The notes beneath the pieces are model-generated. The model saw nothing but the letters and a program-made list of their open reading frames with translations, ran no database searches and was not told the origin of the DNA. A stretch of DNA of 63,919 bases, filler included, from Atractiella rhizophila (lineage: Eukaryota), in the NCBI GenBank assembly GCA_021432655.1. It is 4 parts of 3 records of this genome, joined end to end, with 100 filler letters (N's around TTAATTAATTAA, not from the genome) between each part and the next. Parts side by side here need not be neighbours in the genome. Positions count along the whole stretch, not along the records: positions 31,694 to 51,800 come from MU271695.1; 3 more parts are not named here. One strand, given 5' to 3'. Made by a program: the position numbers and the translations under genes. This document shows positions 37,345 to 50,189 of this stretch, piece by piece (position 1 is the stretch's first letter; each line of letters starts with the position of its first letter).

Positions 37345-38969
37345 TCAAAGGAGCCCGCACTCCCTTAAGTTTTGTTGGATGACCGTATCATTGACCGCCG
37401 AAAGTACGAATTTGATTTGGGTAGTGTCGGTTGCGCAAGTCAAATGAACATAGCTATCGACAAGTGTTCAGTTTCTAAATCAAGAAAGATGGATAGGAGG
37501 AGACATACACTTGCTTGCTTGGCGACTGGTTGAGCGAAACAAACCTTCCGGAGAAGTAATCACAAGCTGCCTGGAGGTTATTTCCTCCCTGATAATCGGG
37601 GAAGAAAGGTTCTATGGGAGACCGCTGAAGTTTCTCTTTGAAGAGGTCGATCTTGTTCAAGAAGAGGATGATTGACGTCCTCACGAACCAACGCGAGTTG
37701 CAGATGGAGTCGAACAGGACGAGCGATTCCTGCATCCGATTCACGCTTTCGTCTTCGTATAATTGTTGATCGTACTCCGACAGTGCGACCAGGAAGACGA
37801 TCGCCGTCACGTTTTCGAAACAGTGGATCCTAAGTCGTCCATTGGTCTCATGAGCGATCACATCCCGACTGACACGAAGAGGTAGACATAGGAAAAGGAG
37901 GGATACATACCACTTCTTCCGCTCCGAACGCTGACCTCCCACGTCGAACATCCTATACTTGAGCTCTCCAATCTGGAAATGAGTCTCCGTGATACCCGTC
38001 GTCTTGACACGTGATCGCAGAACATCCTGATCAGTAGGGAGGTAGTTAGATGAGGCTATGCGTTGAATGGAGTCGAAGTAGCTAAGGGCGATCGCCACCA
38101 AGAAGTTCGCGTTCAATCAGCAAAGTTCGGAAATTGCGTCTAGCGTGGGACGCAGCGAGCAGGAGGGAAGAGGGTGAGACGTACTATTGGGCGGAATCGT
38201 TCAGCTGGAATTCACGACTGCGCTCAAAGCACTTCCTCACGCCTGCATCCTGCCAGAGCTCATAAATGGCCTGCACATCCCCCACAATCAGCCGAATGCT
38301 GCAGGTAGAGAACCGTGACGCGCCTGTCCAATTTGCGGTGGAAGCTCCTCGCCCTCGATTTGGTGAGGCTGGCCCATGATGACGTTCGCCATGTCTTGCG
38401 AACCGGGGTTAGTAAGGGAGATGCCCATCATTTCCATCGCATCCAGGATAACCTGTCAAAAGAGACACCGAATCAATATGCATCGCCGTTGGACTAACGT
38501 AAACGTGATGTGGGGAGAAGGGATGAGGGTTTCGGAATACTGACGTGCATGGATTGGACGGTGTTGGAAAAGATGATTTCTTTGTAGGAATCCCGCTCTT
38601 CCGGAGAATACGAGCCCTCGTGAATGAGCTTCATCTGTTTGAGGATAGTCGACTTTCCGGACTCTCCTGCTCCCAGCTTGATTTGCTAATTCAGCACCTT
38701 CCTCCGACTGCCAAAAGGCGCGAGACGCTTACCAGAAGCATCTAGAGCACAAAAGTCCAGCATCAGGACAATGCCAAGCTGGTAAGAAAGCGAGACAGAC
38801 AGACCTTGATCTCATTCCTTCAAAGCACACGTAAATCGTGTCAACCTCGCCCAAGTGACCGACAGCAGAGAGCGCACCTCATGTTCATCTTATCCTTCTT
38901 AAGCTGGGCCTCGATGGCGGCATTGGTCTCGCTCGCCGCCGAATCCTCTTTCGAACCGCCACAACCCAT
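37345..38969 (-). CDS. Heterotrimeric G-protein alpha subunit, group I (Gi-like)
   Basis: MGCGGS lipidation site; [46 protein letters not shown]-terminal CGLL. Confidence 0.95.
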
Positions 38970-39829
38970 TTTGGCTGTATGCTACTTGGAAGTTGGAGTT
39001 GGAGAAAAAGGTGTGGAGTGCGATTGGAAAGTGGTAGGAAAGAGTGAGGGATTGGTAGTCTAACAGCTGAAATGGGCTGAAATAGGAAGAAAGGGAGAGA
39101 AAGGGAAGAAGAAGGTGACAGACTTTTATGATTGAAACGAATTGAAGAAGAACTTTGGACAGACACTCATTTAGGTTCCGCTAGATGCAGATCATTCCCA
39201 TTCCCACACAAGAACAAGAACAGCCTTACCCCAGCTTGTAATTGCTCTGTTCTGCCTTGTGACAACATTATCCGTGCAATGCCGCCATTACGATAATTGT
39301 GCATTAATTACGACTGTGGCTGGTAATTTGCTATCGCTTTAGGCTGGGAATTCAGCTGGGAACGCGTGCTGCCGCCTGAAAAGTAACTGCAATGCAGCAC
39401 CAATAATCCCTGCTTGGAGCTATGGAGCCAGCACAATGTCTTCCGGACGTGCACGGTTATTCCATCTTCTCCACCGAGCCTGGCTTCTATCTGTTCCAAA
39501 AGCTGCCAATGCTCCAATTCAAGTTTGCAATTCGAACCACACATGGACAGTTCCAACCGGACCCCCAGCGTCCCTGAGTTCGGCAAACGGCACAAGCATT
39601 TCATTGTTGCCATCCCCGCGTGCGTGATAGGAACCGCGCGTTGAGGTTGACAAATGCGATCTTGGGAGGAACAAAGTGGAGGTGGAAAGTGGTGCTAGGC
39701 GAAGGGAAGAATTTGGAATTACATCATCTCATCTCATTTCATCGCTCTGCAAGTATAAAAGGCCACGACCTCTTTGCGCGATCCCTGCTGCTTCTCCTTT
39801 CTGTCAGTCTACTTTGGCCAACTGCCCTG

Positions 39830-41889
39830 ATGTTCGCTAACGCTCTCTCTAGATCATCCAAAAGGCTTTTGTCAACCACACCGATCAACTGCAAGATGTC
39901 GCCAGCATACGATCCCAAGAACATGGTCCGTCTTCATCTACGTCTCCTAGCAAGGGACGCGCAAAGCAGAGAGCTGATGGGTGGATCGCGATGACAGATC
40001 TTCCGCAATCTGGGCTACTCTGGATTGCGCGTCAGCGTGTTCAGCTACGGAGGTCCGCCTTTCTTTCTGTCCCTCATCCCAATCTCAGCTGATGAAATCA
40101 ACATTGTGCCTGTGCAGGCTGGCTTACCGTGGGAGGTGTGCTTGCCCTTCGTCTACGTGACTGATCGATTGATGTGTGTTTGCACAAAGGAACTGTCAAT
40201 GGAGGTAGGCTCCTCTCCCTCTTGGTTGAGATCGCGCTCTGAAGCATGCGTCTAGATCCCGTGAAGGAGCTGATGCAAACTGCCTTTGAAGCTGGGATCA
40301 AGTACGCCATACACCATCCATCAGTGTGCACGCGTGTTGTTGACTGACTACGACTTCAGCTTCTTCGACAATGGTCAGCGCCTCATCTTCCGTCTAATTA
40401 ATACCGGCGCTGATATCCCTGATGCGACAGCTGAGACGTATGCAAGCGGACAGTCTGAGAGAGAGATGGGCAGGGTGATCAAGGAGCTCGGATGGAAGAG
40501 GAGCGACATCGTTCTTACCACGAAGGTGCGTCTGATTTAGGTGCGATGAGCTAAAGAGCTGATAGAGTGGTCACTGCAGATATTCTTTGGCACCGGCGGG
40601 AAAGAGCCGAATGGTTCGTCTCTGTTTAGGTCCAGAGAAGACGTGAAATCTGACGGACGTCTTCATTCGGGGTGTTAAGCGAGAGGATTGAGCAGAAAGC
40701 ATATCGTTGAAGGCTTGCAGGCTAGTTTGGAGAGGCTTCAAACTCCTTATGTCGATGTGTAAGTTCTCTCCTTCTCTTCTCCACCACGACGCTCTCATCA
40801 AAGGCGGGGACTTCAGTGTTTTCGCCCACCGACCCGATGCCACGACTCCAATGGAAGAAGTTGTGCGAGCTTTCAACCACGTACTCTTCCCCCCTTCAGC
40901 CGAAATCAGTGATTGTTAAGTGCGCGTCTGCAGGTGATTGATCGAGGAATGGCTTTCTATTGGGGAACGAGCGAGTTCACAGCCGCCCAAATCGCTGAAG
41001 CTTGCGAGATCGCGAAGACTTTGGGATTGATCGCTCCCATTTGTGAACAACCACAATACTCGATGTTGAAGAGGGATAGGTTTTGAGGTGGAATACGACA
41101 CCATCTTCCGGTAAGACCCTCCTCTTCTCTTGACGATGTAGGTGCTGGTGCTGACCTGGATTCCAGAAAATATAAATATGGCGTGAGCTTCTCTCGAGTG
41201 CTTTCTACTGATTGGACGGTGCTGAGCAATTTCCTGAAGAGCACGATTTGGTCGCCTTTGGCCAGCGGTGTTTTTGACGGGAAAGTACAATGTATGTCCA
41301 CCCTTGATTTCGGGGCGTTCCACTTTGACACGAGGGTTCACAGGATGGAATCCCTCCAGGTTCTCGATTCGATACCAACAAGGACTTCTTCAAGGACACA
41401 ATATCTGAATTCGATTTGCCAGAAGGCAAGCTCAAGTCCGTTTCCGCCTTTTACGCTTCCTGCTCTTCGAGAAGGAGAACTAATTCATCGGACTGATCTG
41501 ATTGACTGGGACAGGTTCGAGAAGATCAAGCAGCTCGGAGAAATTGCGAAGAGGTTAGGCACTAATCAGTCGGCTCTCGCACTCGCTTGGACGGTAAAGA
41601 ACCCTAACGTCTCGTATGTCGCTTCCATCCTCCTTATATCACCGCTAGGATGAGAGGTTGATGCAATGTTGGAAAGGACTTGCATCCTCGGTGCTACAAA
41701 GCCTGAGCAGCTTAAAGAGAACCTGGAAGCACTCAACGTTATTCCCAAGCTCACTGATCAGGTCATGCAGGTCTGTCTCCCAGTCTAATTAGTCAGTGTA
41801 AAGTTGACGATGATTGCATAAAGGAAATCGAGGAGATTCTTCAGAATAGGCCTAGGCCAGCCCCCACGTACGGGCGCGTCCGCATCTGA
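39830..41889 (+). CDS. Aldo-keto reductase, Kv-beta-like subfamily, many short exons; two apparent +1 frameshifts
   Basis: [105 protein letters not shown]. Confidence 0.88.
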
Positions 41890-42045
41890 AATTCATGCTC
41901 GAACTTCAAACAGTATAAAGAATTGTAGAATAAAACCAAGATTTATCATTTCTTTGCACCACAGTGTAATGCATCACGTGAAAGGGTCAACTTGCCAAAC
42001 CATAATGCGCGCCAACTTCACCCAGACTGAAGGCGACAGCTCAGG

Positions 42046-42947
42046 ATGGTGCAGCACTGTCCCTCTATAATCCCACGCTCCTCACGCGTCCCCTACACTG
42101 TCCCCACCTTTCACCTTCCAACTCATCGTGGCTTGCATCTGCCAACAACATTAACGAAGCGCGAGAGAACCTTGGAGGAGGAAGCTTCCCAGCTTTCTGA
42201 CGAGGAATGGGAAGCTGAAAGGAGGGACAGAATCAAGAAAAAGAGTGTTGGGAAGCATCTGGTATTGATTGGAAAAACTCGCGGGGAGGATGAGGACGCT
42301 GAAGTTCGTTCTCCCCCTCCGTTCATGTCAGACAGGTCAGTTGATGGCTCCCGTGTGTTGCGAAGAGCGAGGACGAAGAAACGCGTCGACGCTTTCGACA
42401 AAACCTTTCGTCTGTAGGTTTGTCTGCAGGCGCAGGTGGGACCACTGGAGGAGGGGGAACGGATGTGGCCGCCGGAGCAGAAGACGCTGCAGATCCAGAC
42501 CAAGAGGATGGGACAGCAGAGTCCGAGACATCTGAAGAAGCAGAGGATGATGACGACGACGAAGGCGAGGGAGAAGCTGAGGCCGAAGCAGAAGAGCCGG
42601 AACAAGAACAAGAACGCGATCTCGACGCGTCCATCGAAGACGCGGACGCAAACGAGGCGGAGACAACCGTCGACACCGTTGCAGATGTCACTGGCGCGAC
42701 GGGCGTGACGAATGCGAGCATTGGAGAAGCGGAGGGGAGTACGAGCGTGAGCGGACTGGGCATGCAGGACGTTTCTGCGGCTGTCGAAGATGCAAGTCAA
42801 AGTCAGGCGATGACTGGAGTGGTGGAAGGAGACAGTTCCGCTGCAAGCGGGATTGCAGAAAGCAGTATTGATGCTAGTTCTCCCTCAGTTGGCTCGGATT
42901 CGATGGGCATGGACGAGATCATCCCAGACGACTTACGGATGCGTTAA
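42046..42947 (+). CDS. Small protein with a long acidic tail, possibly Apc15/Mnd2-like
   Basis: QLSDEEWEAERRDRIKKKSVGKHLVLIGKTRGEDE followed, after an intron, by a D/E-rich tail with RDLDASIEDAD. Resemblance judged by eye only. Confidence 0.4.
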
Positions 42948-43024
42948 CACTGCGATGCTCCTTGTTCTGTACCATTTCGAAGTTCATTGTCTAATATATG
43001 GGAAATATCTTAAATGTATGGGAA

Positions 43025-45439
43025 TCAAACGAGTACCATTCCGCCCTCGACTGCACATCCAATCCCTAAAGAAAGTAACAATTGTGGAACGACCACAGCG
43101 GCAAACAATGGAACAGTCCTCGTTCCCATCGTGAAGAACTCATACAACAACCTCTCCACCTCCGGTGTTCCTCTCAATACCACAATGCACATCGTAACAG
43201 CAGCGACGAACCAACTCCCCAGAAGCCTCGTCAAAGCCGCCTTCTCTGTCCATTCTCGTTGCTGGGGTGAAGGCGAGACGAAGAGTGCTAAGGGTATGAG
43301 TGTAAGAGAAAGGATAACGGAGAGGCCGTAGTTGTTGATGCTAAGAATACAGATAGACAGACCGAGAGTGAGTAGTTGAAAAATGGACAATATTCGAGCG
43401 GAGGGAGGAATGACCCGTTTTGATGTGTCGCTGCTGTTGACGTCGAGGCGAGGAGGACCACGAAGGGTATACAGCGCCAGACCGGGTGAGATAATGAGCA
43501 TGAGATTGAGGAAGCGGAGAGGTTCCTTGAATTACTTTAGATCAGCTTTCGCGACAGCTAGAGAAGGACAAAACATACAGCAAAGATCAGAACGGTAATA
43601 TACCAAATGCCTCCAGCGCCGAAGGTAGCACCTACAACAGCTAGCGCCTCATACACTTCTTTCTTATTGTCTAGCGCATGCCTCAACACCTTCGCTTTCT
43701 CCTCTACCGACTTCTCTCCCTTCAACTCCTTAGTTTTTCCGTCAACAGGGTTATTTGCAGAGTTGACGAAGGCAATCCACATCCCGCCGGCCCTGAAAAT
43801 GCACGCAGCGCCGAGGATGACGGTAGAGAAGAGGTAGTAGGAGACGTTGAGGAATCTTCGCGCGCCAAGCATCAAATAGAGCGTTTGAGAGTGGTGTAAG
43901 CGCTCGAGGAGGTTATTGAACGAGCGGAAGACGGATTCGGTCGCACTTTGTATGTCATATCAGTAAAATGGCGTGCAAAGAGAGGTGACAGCAGACCGTC
44001 CAAGTGTGTGAAAGCCGTGAGGGCCCTCTGCCGGAACACCGAAAAGTGCAACAGAGTCTATAGCGTATCTGTGTAAGATTTCGGGTCAGCCTGATTTCCA
44101 GGACAACAATAAACAAATAAGCAACCTTCCGTAAACACCTTCGGGACCACTGGCCCTCCCTGCAGCTTGATAACCAATCTGTTTGGCAGCATGTCTCAGG
44201 GCCACCTCTCCGCTCTTCGCCCACATCCAGCTCTTTCCCAAGCCTAAACGGTTGGCGAGGAGAGATGAAATATCCTCCTCTTTCCAATTTTGAGATTGGA
44301 TTCCTTCGCCGGGTGTACCATGTAGTGTGATGGGGACGTTGATTACGTTCGTCGCGACTTTGGTGACCACATTCAACGTGTCCAGGTTAGGGACATGGGC
44401 GTCGAGTCCCTCTGTCACATTTCTGAGTCAGTCGTTCTCTTGAGAGAGGAATATGAGGCGAACCGTAGTACATCGAAAAGTGGGAGAAAGAGTGGTAGGG
44501 ATAATCGAGTGCGAGAGCAAGCCAGATAGGGCCGGTGGTTGCAGAGAGGTGGGTAGAAATGAGATCTGTCCCAAATATGGTAACTATGTGGTGTTAACTG
44601 GTGATCACAGAACAGGTATACTTGATGGCAATGAATGATGATAGGCAGCCAACCAAGCATTCGCGCCTTCGGTATAACCGTCCGAAATGACAAAAAGGAT
44701 ATCTTTGCTCCAATATGCATACTCTGCCATACCATTTGTCAGCTATCGATTTTATACATAGGTGAAGAGGGCGACGCACTAGAAAAGTACTTGCTCATAG
44801 CCAACACCGTCGCGATTCCTCTCCTGTTGACGCCTGCTCCTAGACCTGTGCGTTGGCGCGAAAGCCAGGAAGCAGAGAGAACGAGAGCCTCTGAGCCATC
44901 TGTTTTAGGTGCACGCAGAAGAGCATGGACATTCGTTCCATTCAACATCTGGACTTTAGTCAAGCCTGGTTTACATGGTACAGCAACAAAGATGCGTACT
45001 TGGCCCGTTGGGAAGGTATACGTGTAAGATTGGACAGAAGTCAATAATCCTACTTCTTTAAACTCTTTCTCTATAGCTCTTGCGCGGCTGTTCGTTAAAA
45101 AATACGTCAAATAGGGATAACGAAATTGAAGGAAGGAATTGACGAATAATGGTCCAAATGTTCCCACTGGTCCACTCCATCAGCATATCTGTCCGCACGC
45201 TTCACGTCTGGCCAGTCCCACCGAACTGTCGCTGATCCAACCTGGAGAGCATTTTCGGAGATGTAATGTTTTGAGTGAAAGTTGGGAAGGAAGGGCAGAA
45301 GCATGAGGGAGAGGTACCCGGCAAGGAGGAGAGGGTATGGCGCATAGCTGAGCAGTAGATGGAGGTAGTAGCCGATAATGTGGTTGCGTTTAATTCGTTT
45401 TAACGACTTCTGATTCGCCTTTTTGTCGTCGGACGCCAT
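43025..45439 (-). CDS. GAA1: GPI transamidase subunit Gaa1
   Basis: N-terminal TM helix then YISENALQ; VHALLRAPKTDGSEALVLSASW; RGIATVLA; EGLDAHVPNLD; multiple C-terminal TM helices. Confidence 0.9.
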
Positions 45440-46163
45440 TTGCAGTGTGTTTCCTGCTGACACTGACATTCCCTTGTAACTCTATCTTGACGAAGCTTCG
45501 GACCATTTATTTTAGATTCGTTTACCGGTATGAATGGTTGAAATAGAAATAAAGCATGCCTCTTGCAACATCCAACAGCAGTCCACAGTTCATCGACGTC
45601 AATATCACAAATCAGACACTCTAGACGTAACTCCTAGATCCAAGGTCTGCGCGCATACGACCGTGGCGTGGATTGCTCATTGCTCTGTTTGGCTTTCTTC
45701 AATTCATGTAAAAGAGGTACTCTAGTGGCTATTCTACTGAGTAACAAGCATTTGTCCTATGTAATAGTTTTCAGGAACACTCCGACTCAGTTCCACGTTC
45801 TTCCATCGCCTACCTCCGACGCTCGTTCCGGCTCACTGTTGACTTACCTCAATGACTTCGCTCCTCTGAATACTATAGTGCCGTTCTCCCCTACTCTTAT
45901 TGAAAGTTTCCGATGTTCTCTCAAAAATACTTTCAAGACGCTGTCTGGGATTTTCGCCTGGTCGTCTTGAAAATGGCAGCAACCATGGGGAGGGAGACGC
46001 ATCTGCACACGTCGCCACTCAAACGTCAGCACCGTTCAGATTCCTCCTCGAGATTTCCCAATATTCTTTTCTGTGGATAAGTAACTTTACGGTGCAACAG
46101 AGAGAATGGTGATCACACCCATAATTTGCAGCGTAACGTTGTCGCACTCTCCGCAACGCTCGT

Positions 46164-48204
46164 ATGGTTCTCTACCGACATCTACAACCCCTCGGTCTCC
46201 TACTCGTGTTCGTCATACTTCCCACCGTCCAGAAGTTTGAAACTTTTGGGGGAGCATGGGGTGGGGTTAGCGCCAACCTGAACACCTTTAGAGAGCTCGA
46301 TAAGAGCGACAGACTCCCAAGCAACAGAAATATGAGATGTTTGCCGTTCTCTTCCACACCTTTTACTTTTACCTCTTGGGGTTTCCTCACAAGGGTGTAA
46401 ACAATGGCCAAACCAAGCAGTAGATCATCTCGAAGCCGTCCTGTATGAAGGAAGGAATGAAAATATCGACTTGGGTAACCTTGTTCGGCAAAATTGCATA
46501 GTGAATCGAACGACGAGGATTGGGGCTCAATGGCTTCGCGTTGTAGGAATTTCCTTTCTCCCACGTAAAATGCGCCGTTAAATGTAGAAAAGGCATATCA
46601 CGACATGGCGACATTCAATGTCGATGACGGTAGCATTTCGCTCGAAATATCGAGACCATGCCTTGATTGGATCATCTACCAGGTACTGGAGGTATAGATT
46701 ATTCGATAGGCTTTGAACTGGACCGCCCAGAAGTACGTAGGATAGTCTCGTTACAAGAAATGGTTACAACTAATCGATAGAATGTCGGTCAAGGACAAAT
46801 CAATGCGCTGGGAGACTACAAGTCAACTGCAAGCCCATACATCAGTAGTCCGTTACCCCCCTTCTTTCTTCTGCGTCCGTTCACCCTTATTCAGTGGCGG
46901 ATATGATCGCTCTCGGTGTCGTTCTCACTGGCGTTGGATGTGGAGGTGATATGCCCATGATTCCGTACCGAATGGGGCGAATCGACAGTTATGCAGCCGG
47001 GAGGGAGGGTGTGCCTCAACCGCACGAGCCGCTCGATAAGCATATAGAATCCTTCAGACAACAAGGATTCAACGCTACAGAAATGATACAGCTCGTTGCT
47101 TGGTCAGTTCATCCTCTGTTTCTGGACAGTTTCCAATGACGAGATCGAGGTAGCGGACACAGTATTGGAGCGCTTCGTGGAATAGATTTTCCGGGAATCA
47201 CGGCTAAAGGAAACTTTCCTCCATTCGACACAACTGAAGGGCTCTTCGACAATAAAATCGGGACGGAATATCTAGCTGGGACGACCAAAAATCCCCTAGT
47301 CGTAGCACCTAACGAAACGTTTCGTTCAGACGCTAGGATATTCAGCTCGGATGGGAATGCGACCATCGAAGCTTTGTCATCCTCATCTTCAACGTTCACT
47401 AATACCTGCGCTGGTCTATTCGAGCGCATGATCAACACGGTTCCTAGGGACGTCACACTCTCTGAACCCCTTGAACCAATCGAATACAAGGTCGACACCA
47501 CACTTTTCGAGGTCTCGGGAGAATCCCTGCTGCTCAAAACAGGGTTGAGGATCCTAAAGCCCACATCTGATGGGAGAGTGGTAACACTTTACTGGCAGGA
47601 GAGGACTGGGACGCCATGCTCTCGAGAAACTTGCTCATCCAAAGCGATTTCTTCTTCCTCAGTCTCGAGCATCATTTTCACCAAACTCCAACTTGCTCCC
47701 CAACGCTACCTCTTTGAATCTCCGATTGACGCCACCCAAGGCATAGCGAAATTTTGGTTCGAGATTGAAGAAGGTGGAGAGACAAGCATCGTCGATAACA
47801 ACGGCTGTGGTTATAATTTCGCAAATTCTGAAGATCTCTTCTTTTACGATCGATCGAGGAGTTTCGATAACTTCGGCCGCTTTCTTGTTGCAGCAGTAAG
47901 TCATAACTCGGCAGCTTCAGCTTGGAACTAGCTCAATCCGTGTTAGGTCCACGAATCCGTTAGCCCAACCAAAGTCACAGTTCAGACGTACACTCTCACT
48001 GGGCAAACCGTCCCACTCGTCAGAGAGTATACTATGCTGCTCGACACCACTCTTCCCAACAGCTTGGGATATAGTTTCTATTCCGTCAAAGTGCCATTCG
48101 ATAGCTCAGTTTCCAGCTTCGACCAATTCACATTGCATGCAGAAACGACAGAAAGAATGTACGATACGGAATGGCTACCTGCCGGGATGGTTGATTTCTC
48201 GTAA
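46164..48204 (+). CDS. Secreted heme peroxidase (non-animal peroxidase superfamily, atypical fungal type)
   Basis: AQWLRV|AYHDMAT (distal Arg/His region); GGIDYSIGFELDRPE; ADMIALG; YRMGRID; GFNATEMIQLVA(C)GHSIG (proximal His). First exon boundary is uncertain. Confidence 0.8.
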
Positions 48205-48627
48205 ATTAAACTACTATGGATATTGTCACAGCGATATAGTTTCTGCCTATATGCCATTTGGATGATGATGAAATAGACTCGCCGTTGCGGTTTTGTCGCG
48301 GTGGGAGCACTACCCTAGGAAAAAATAAAGGAATAGGGGAAAGAAGGCCTCATACTGGGTTCCGAACGTAGAGACCAGAGCAGAGTAGCTATCCCTTCCA
48401 CTCAGATATTATGGAATCACTCTTTTTGCCAATAGGATAAGCCAGTCCAAAGCCGCAGGCTGCTCCGAATGAAAGCCTAAAGCAGAAACTGAAAATGGAG
48501 CTCGCACCTTTTAGTATATCCTTTCAGCCGAGCGTGGGTCAAGGTACCACCAATTTACTCGTGGCTAGAGCGGGCCAATTTTGGCGGTACCGTCAGCTTT
48601 TCAACACTGCAACTTTGACCACCACCA

Positions 48628-50029
48628 TGAGCGACACAATTCCACTCTTTACTCCAAACCGGAACCTCCAAAGCTGTTGGTGCAGGAGCAACTGCCATTG
48701 CAAAACCAGATAAGAGATACACGGCTTCTAGCGCAGGATTATTATAAGCAGGCGACTGAGCAGGCAAGAGGGTTGACTGACAGGTGGATTGGGTGGGAGA
48801 GGGGTGTTGAGGGTATGTTTGTCTCTCTGAGAAGATTGGGCAAAAGGCTCGAGCAACGCTTCGGCCTGCTTAGCTTGTTTTGTCTTCCTCGCTGTGAGCT
48901 TGGCAGAGTATTGTGCTCTGTTTTGTCTGTGGACTCAATATGGCATCAACTGCTCTCAGCGGAGTCCGCTGATGATGCAAGTTGTAGCCGTTAAGTTGAT
49001 GGAAAGCAGGCAGCGTTCTTCCCAGTCCAAAACGTAGTTTGAACTGAACTGACCGTCACTGTTCGTAGACGAGGTCCACCGTGTTCTCCCTAAAGACGAG
49101 AAGCTAACGCCTGGGATACTCTAGTGAGCTTTCATTGTCTGAATAGCAGGAATATCCTAATTGCAACCAGTGTCGGCATCTCGTTTCTCGCTGGTTCTCT
49201 AGTTGCGCGAGGTCGTTCATTTCCCATCCGCCTACTTCTCCCTCCTACCTTCCTCGTCGGTTCCTCCATCTACTTCTTGCCCAAAACCTCTCAATCCATC
49301 CGTTCCTACTACAACCACCACGAGTCTTCACGCTTTCCTGATTTCCATAAAACACGGCAACAGTACATTCATTCGACTACCGAATGGGGGCGGAATAATC
49401 TGCAATGGGTTCAAGGATTGCAAGGCAAGGCGAAAGAATTGACACGTTCTGCGGTGCAGGAGGGAGAGAAGAGGACAGGTTTGAAACTGGGTTCCTTGGT
49501 TGATGAAGCAAGGGAGAAAATTGAGAAAGTGAAGGACAGCGAGATGGCGCAGAAAGCGCTGGGAGAAGTGAGGAAGCTGGAAAATGAGGCGGAGAAGACG
49601 ATCTACTTCTTGCCCAAAACCTCTCAATCCATCCGTTCCTACTACAACCACCACGAGTCTTCACGCTTTCCTGATTTCCATAAAACACGGCAACAGTACA
49701 TTCATTCGACTACCGAATGGGGGCGGAATAATCTGCAATGGGTTCAAGGATTGCAAGGCAAGGCGAAAGAATTGACACGTTCTGCGGTGCAGGAGGGAGA
49801 GAAGAGGACAGGTTTGAAACTGGGTTCCTTGGTTGATGAAGCAAGGGAGAAAATTGAGAAAGTGAAGGACAGCGAGATGGCGCAGAAAGCGCTGGGAGAA
49901 GTGAGGAAGCTGGAAAATGAGGCGGAGAAGACGGCACTTGTTATTGTGGAAGGGGTGAAAGGAAAGGGAGCAGAGACCAAAGATAAATTGGATGAAAACG
50001 TGGAGGAAAAGGTGGCGCCGAAGCCTTAG
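48628..50029 (+). CDS. MICOS subunit Mic26/Mic27 (apolipoprotein O family)
   Basis: LQNQIRDTR...DRWIGWERGVE|DEVHRVLPKDEKLTPGILY..GISFLAGSLVARGRSFPIRLLLPP..YFLPKTSQ. The ATG at 48628 is out of frame with LYSKPEP, so there may be an indel or a different start. Confidence 0.75.
49268..49933 (+). repeat. Exact in-frame 333-bp tandem duplication inside the MIC26/27 ORF
   Basis: 49268-49600 equals 49601-49933 (IYFLPKTSQ...ENEAEKT twice). Confidence 0.95.
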
Positions 50030-50189
50030 ATAGATGAGCATGGCTTAATTTATCGTTCTCTGCACATGCTGGCCTGCTTCGCCTTAGAACTTGGGAAAAG
50101 ACGGAATGCTCCAGATATCATTACAATATAACGGTAGTTGTTGTAGCACGCCAAAGTGAAGGACTATACACAATTGCAGGGTGGTAGGT

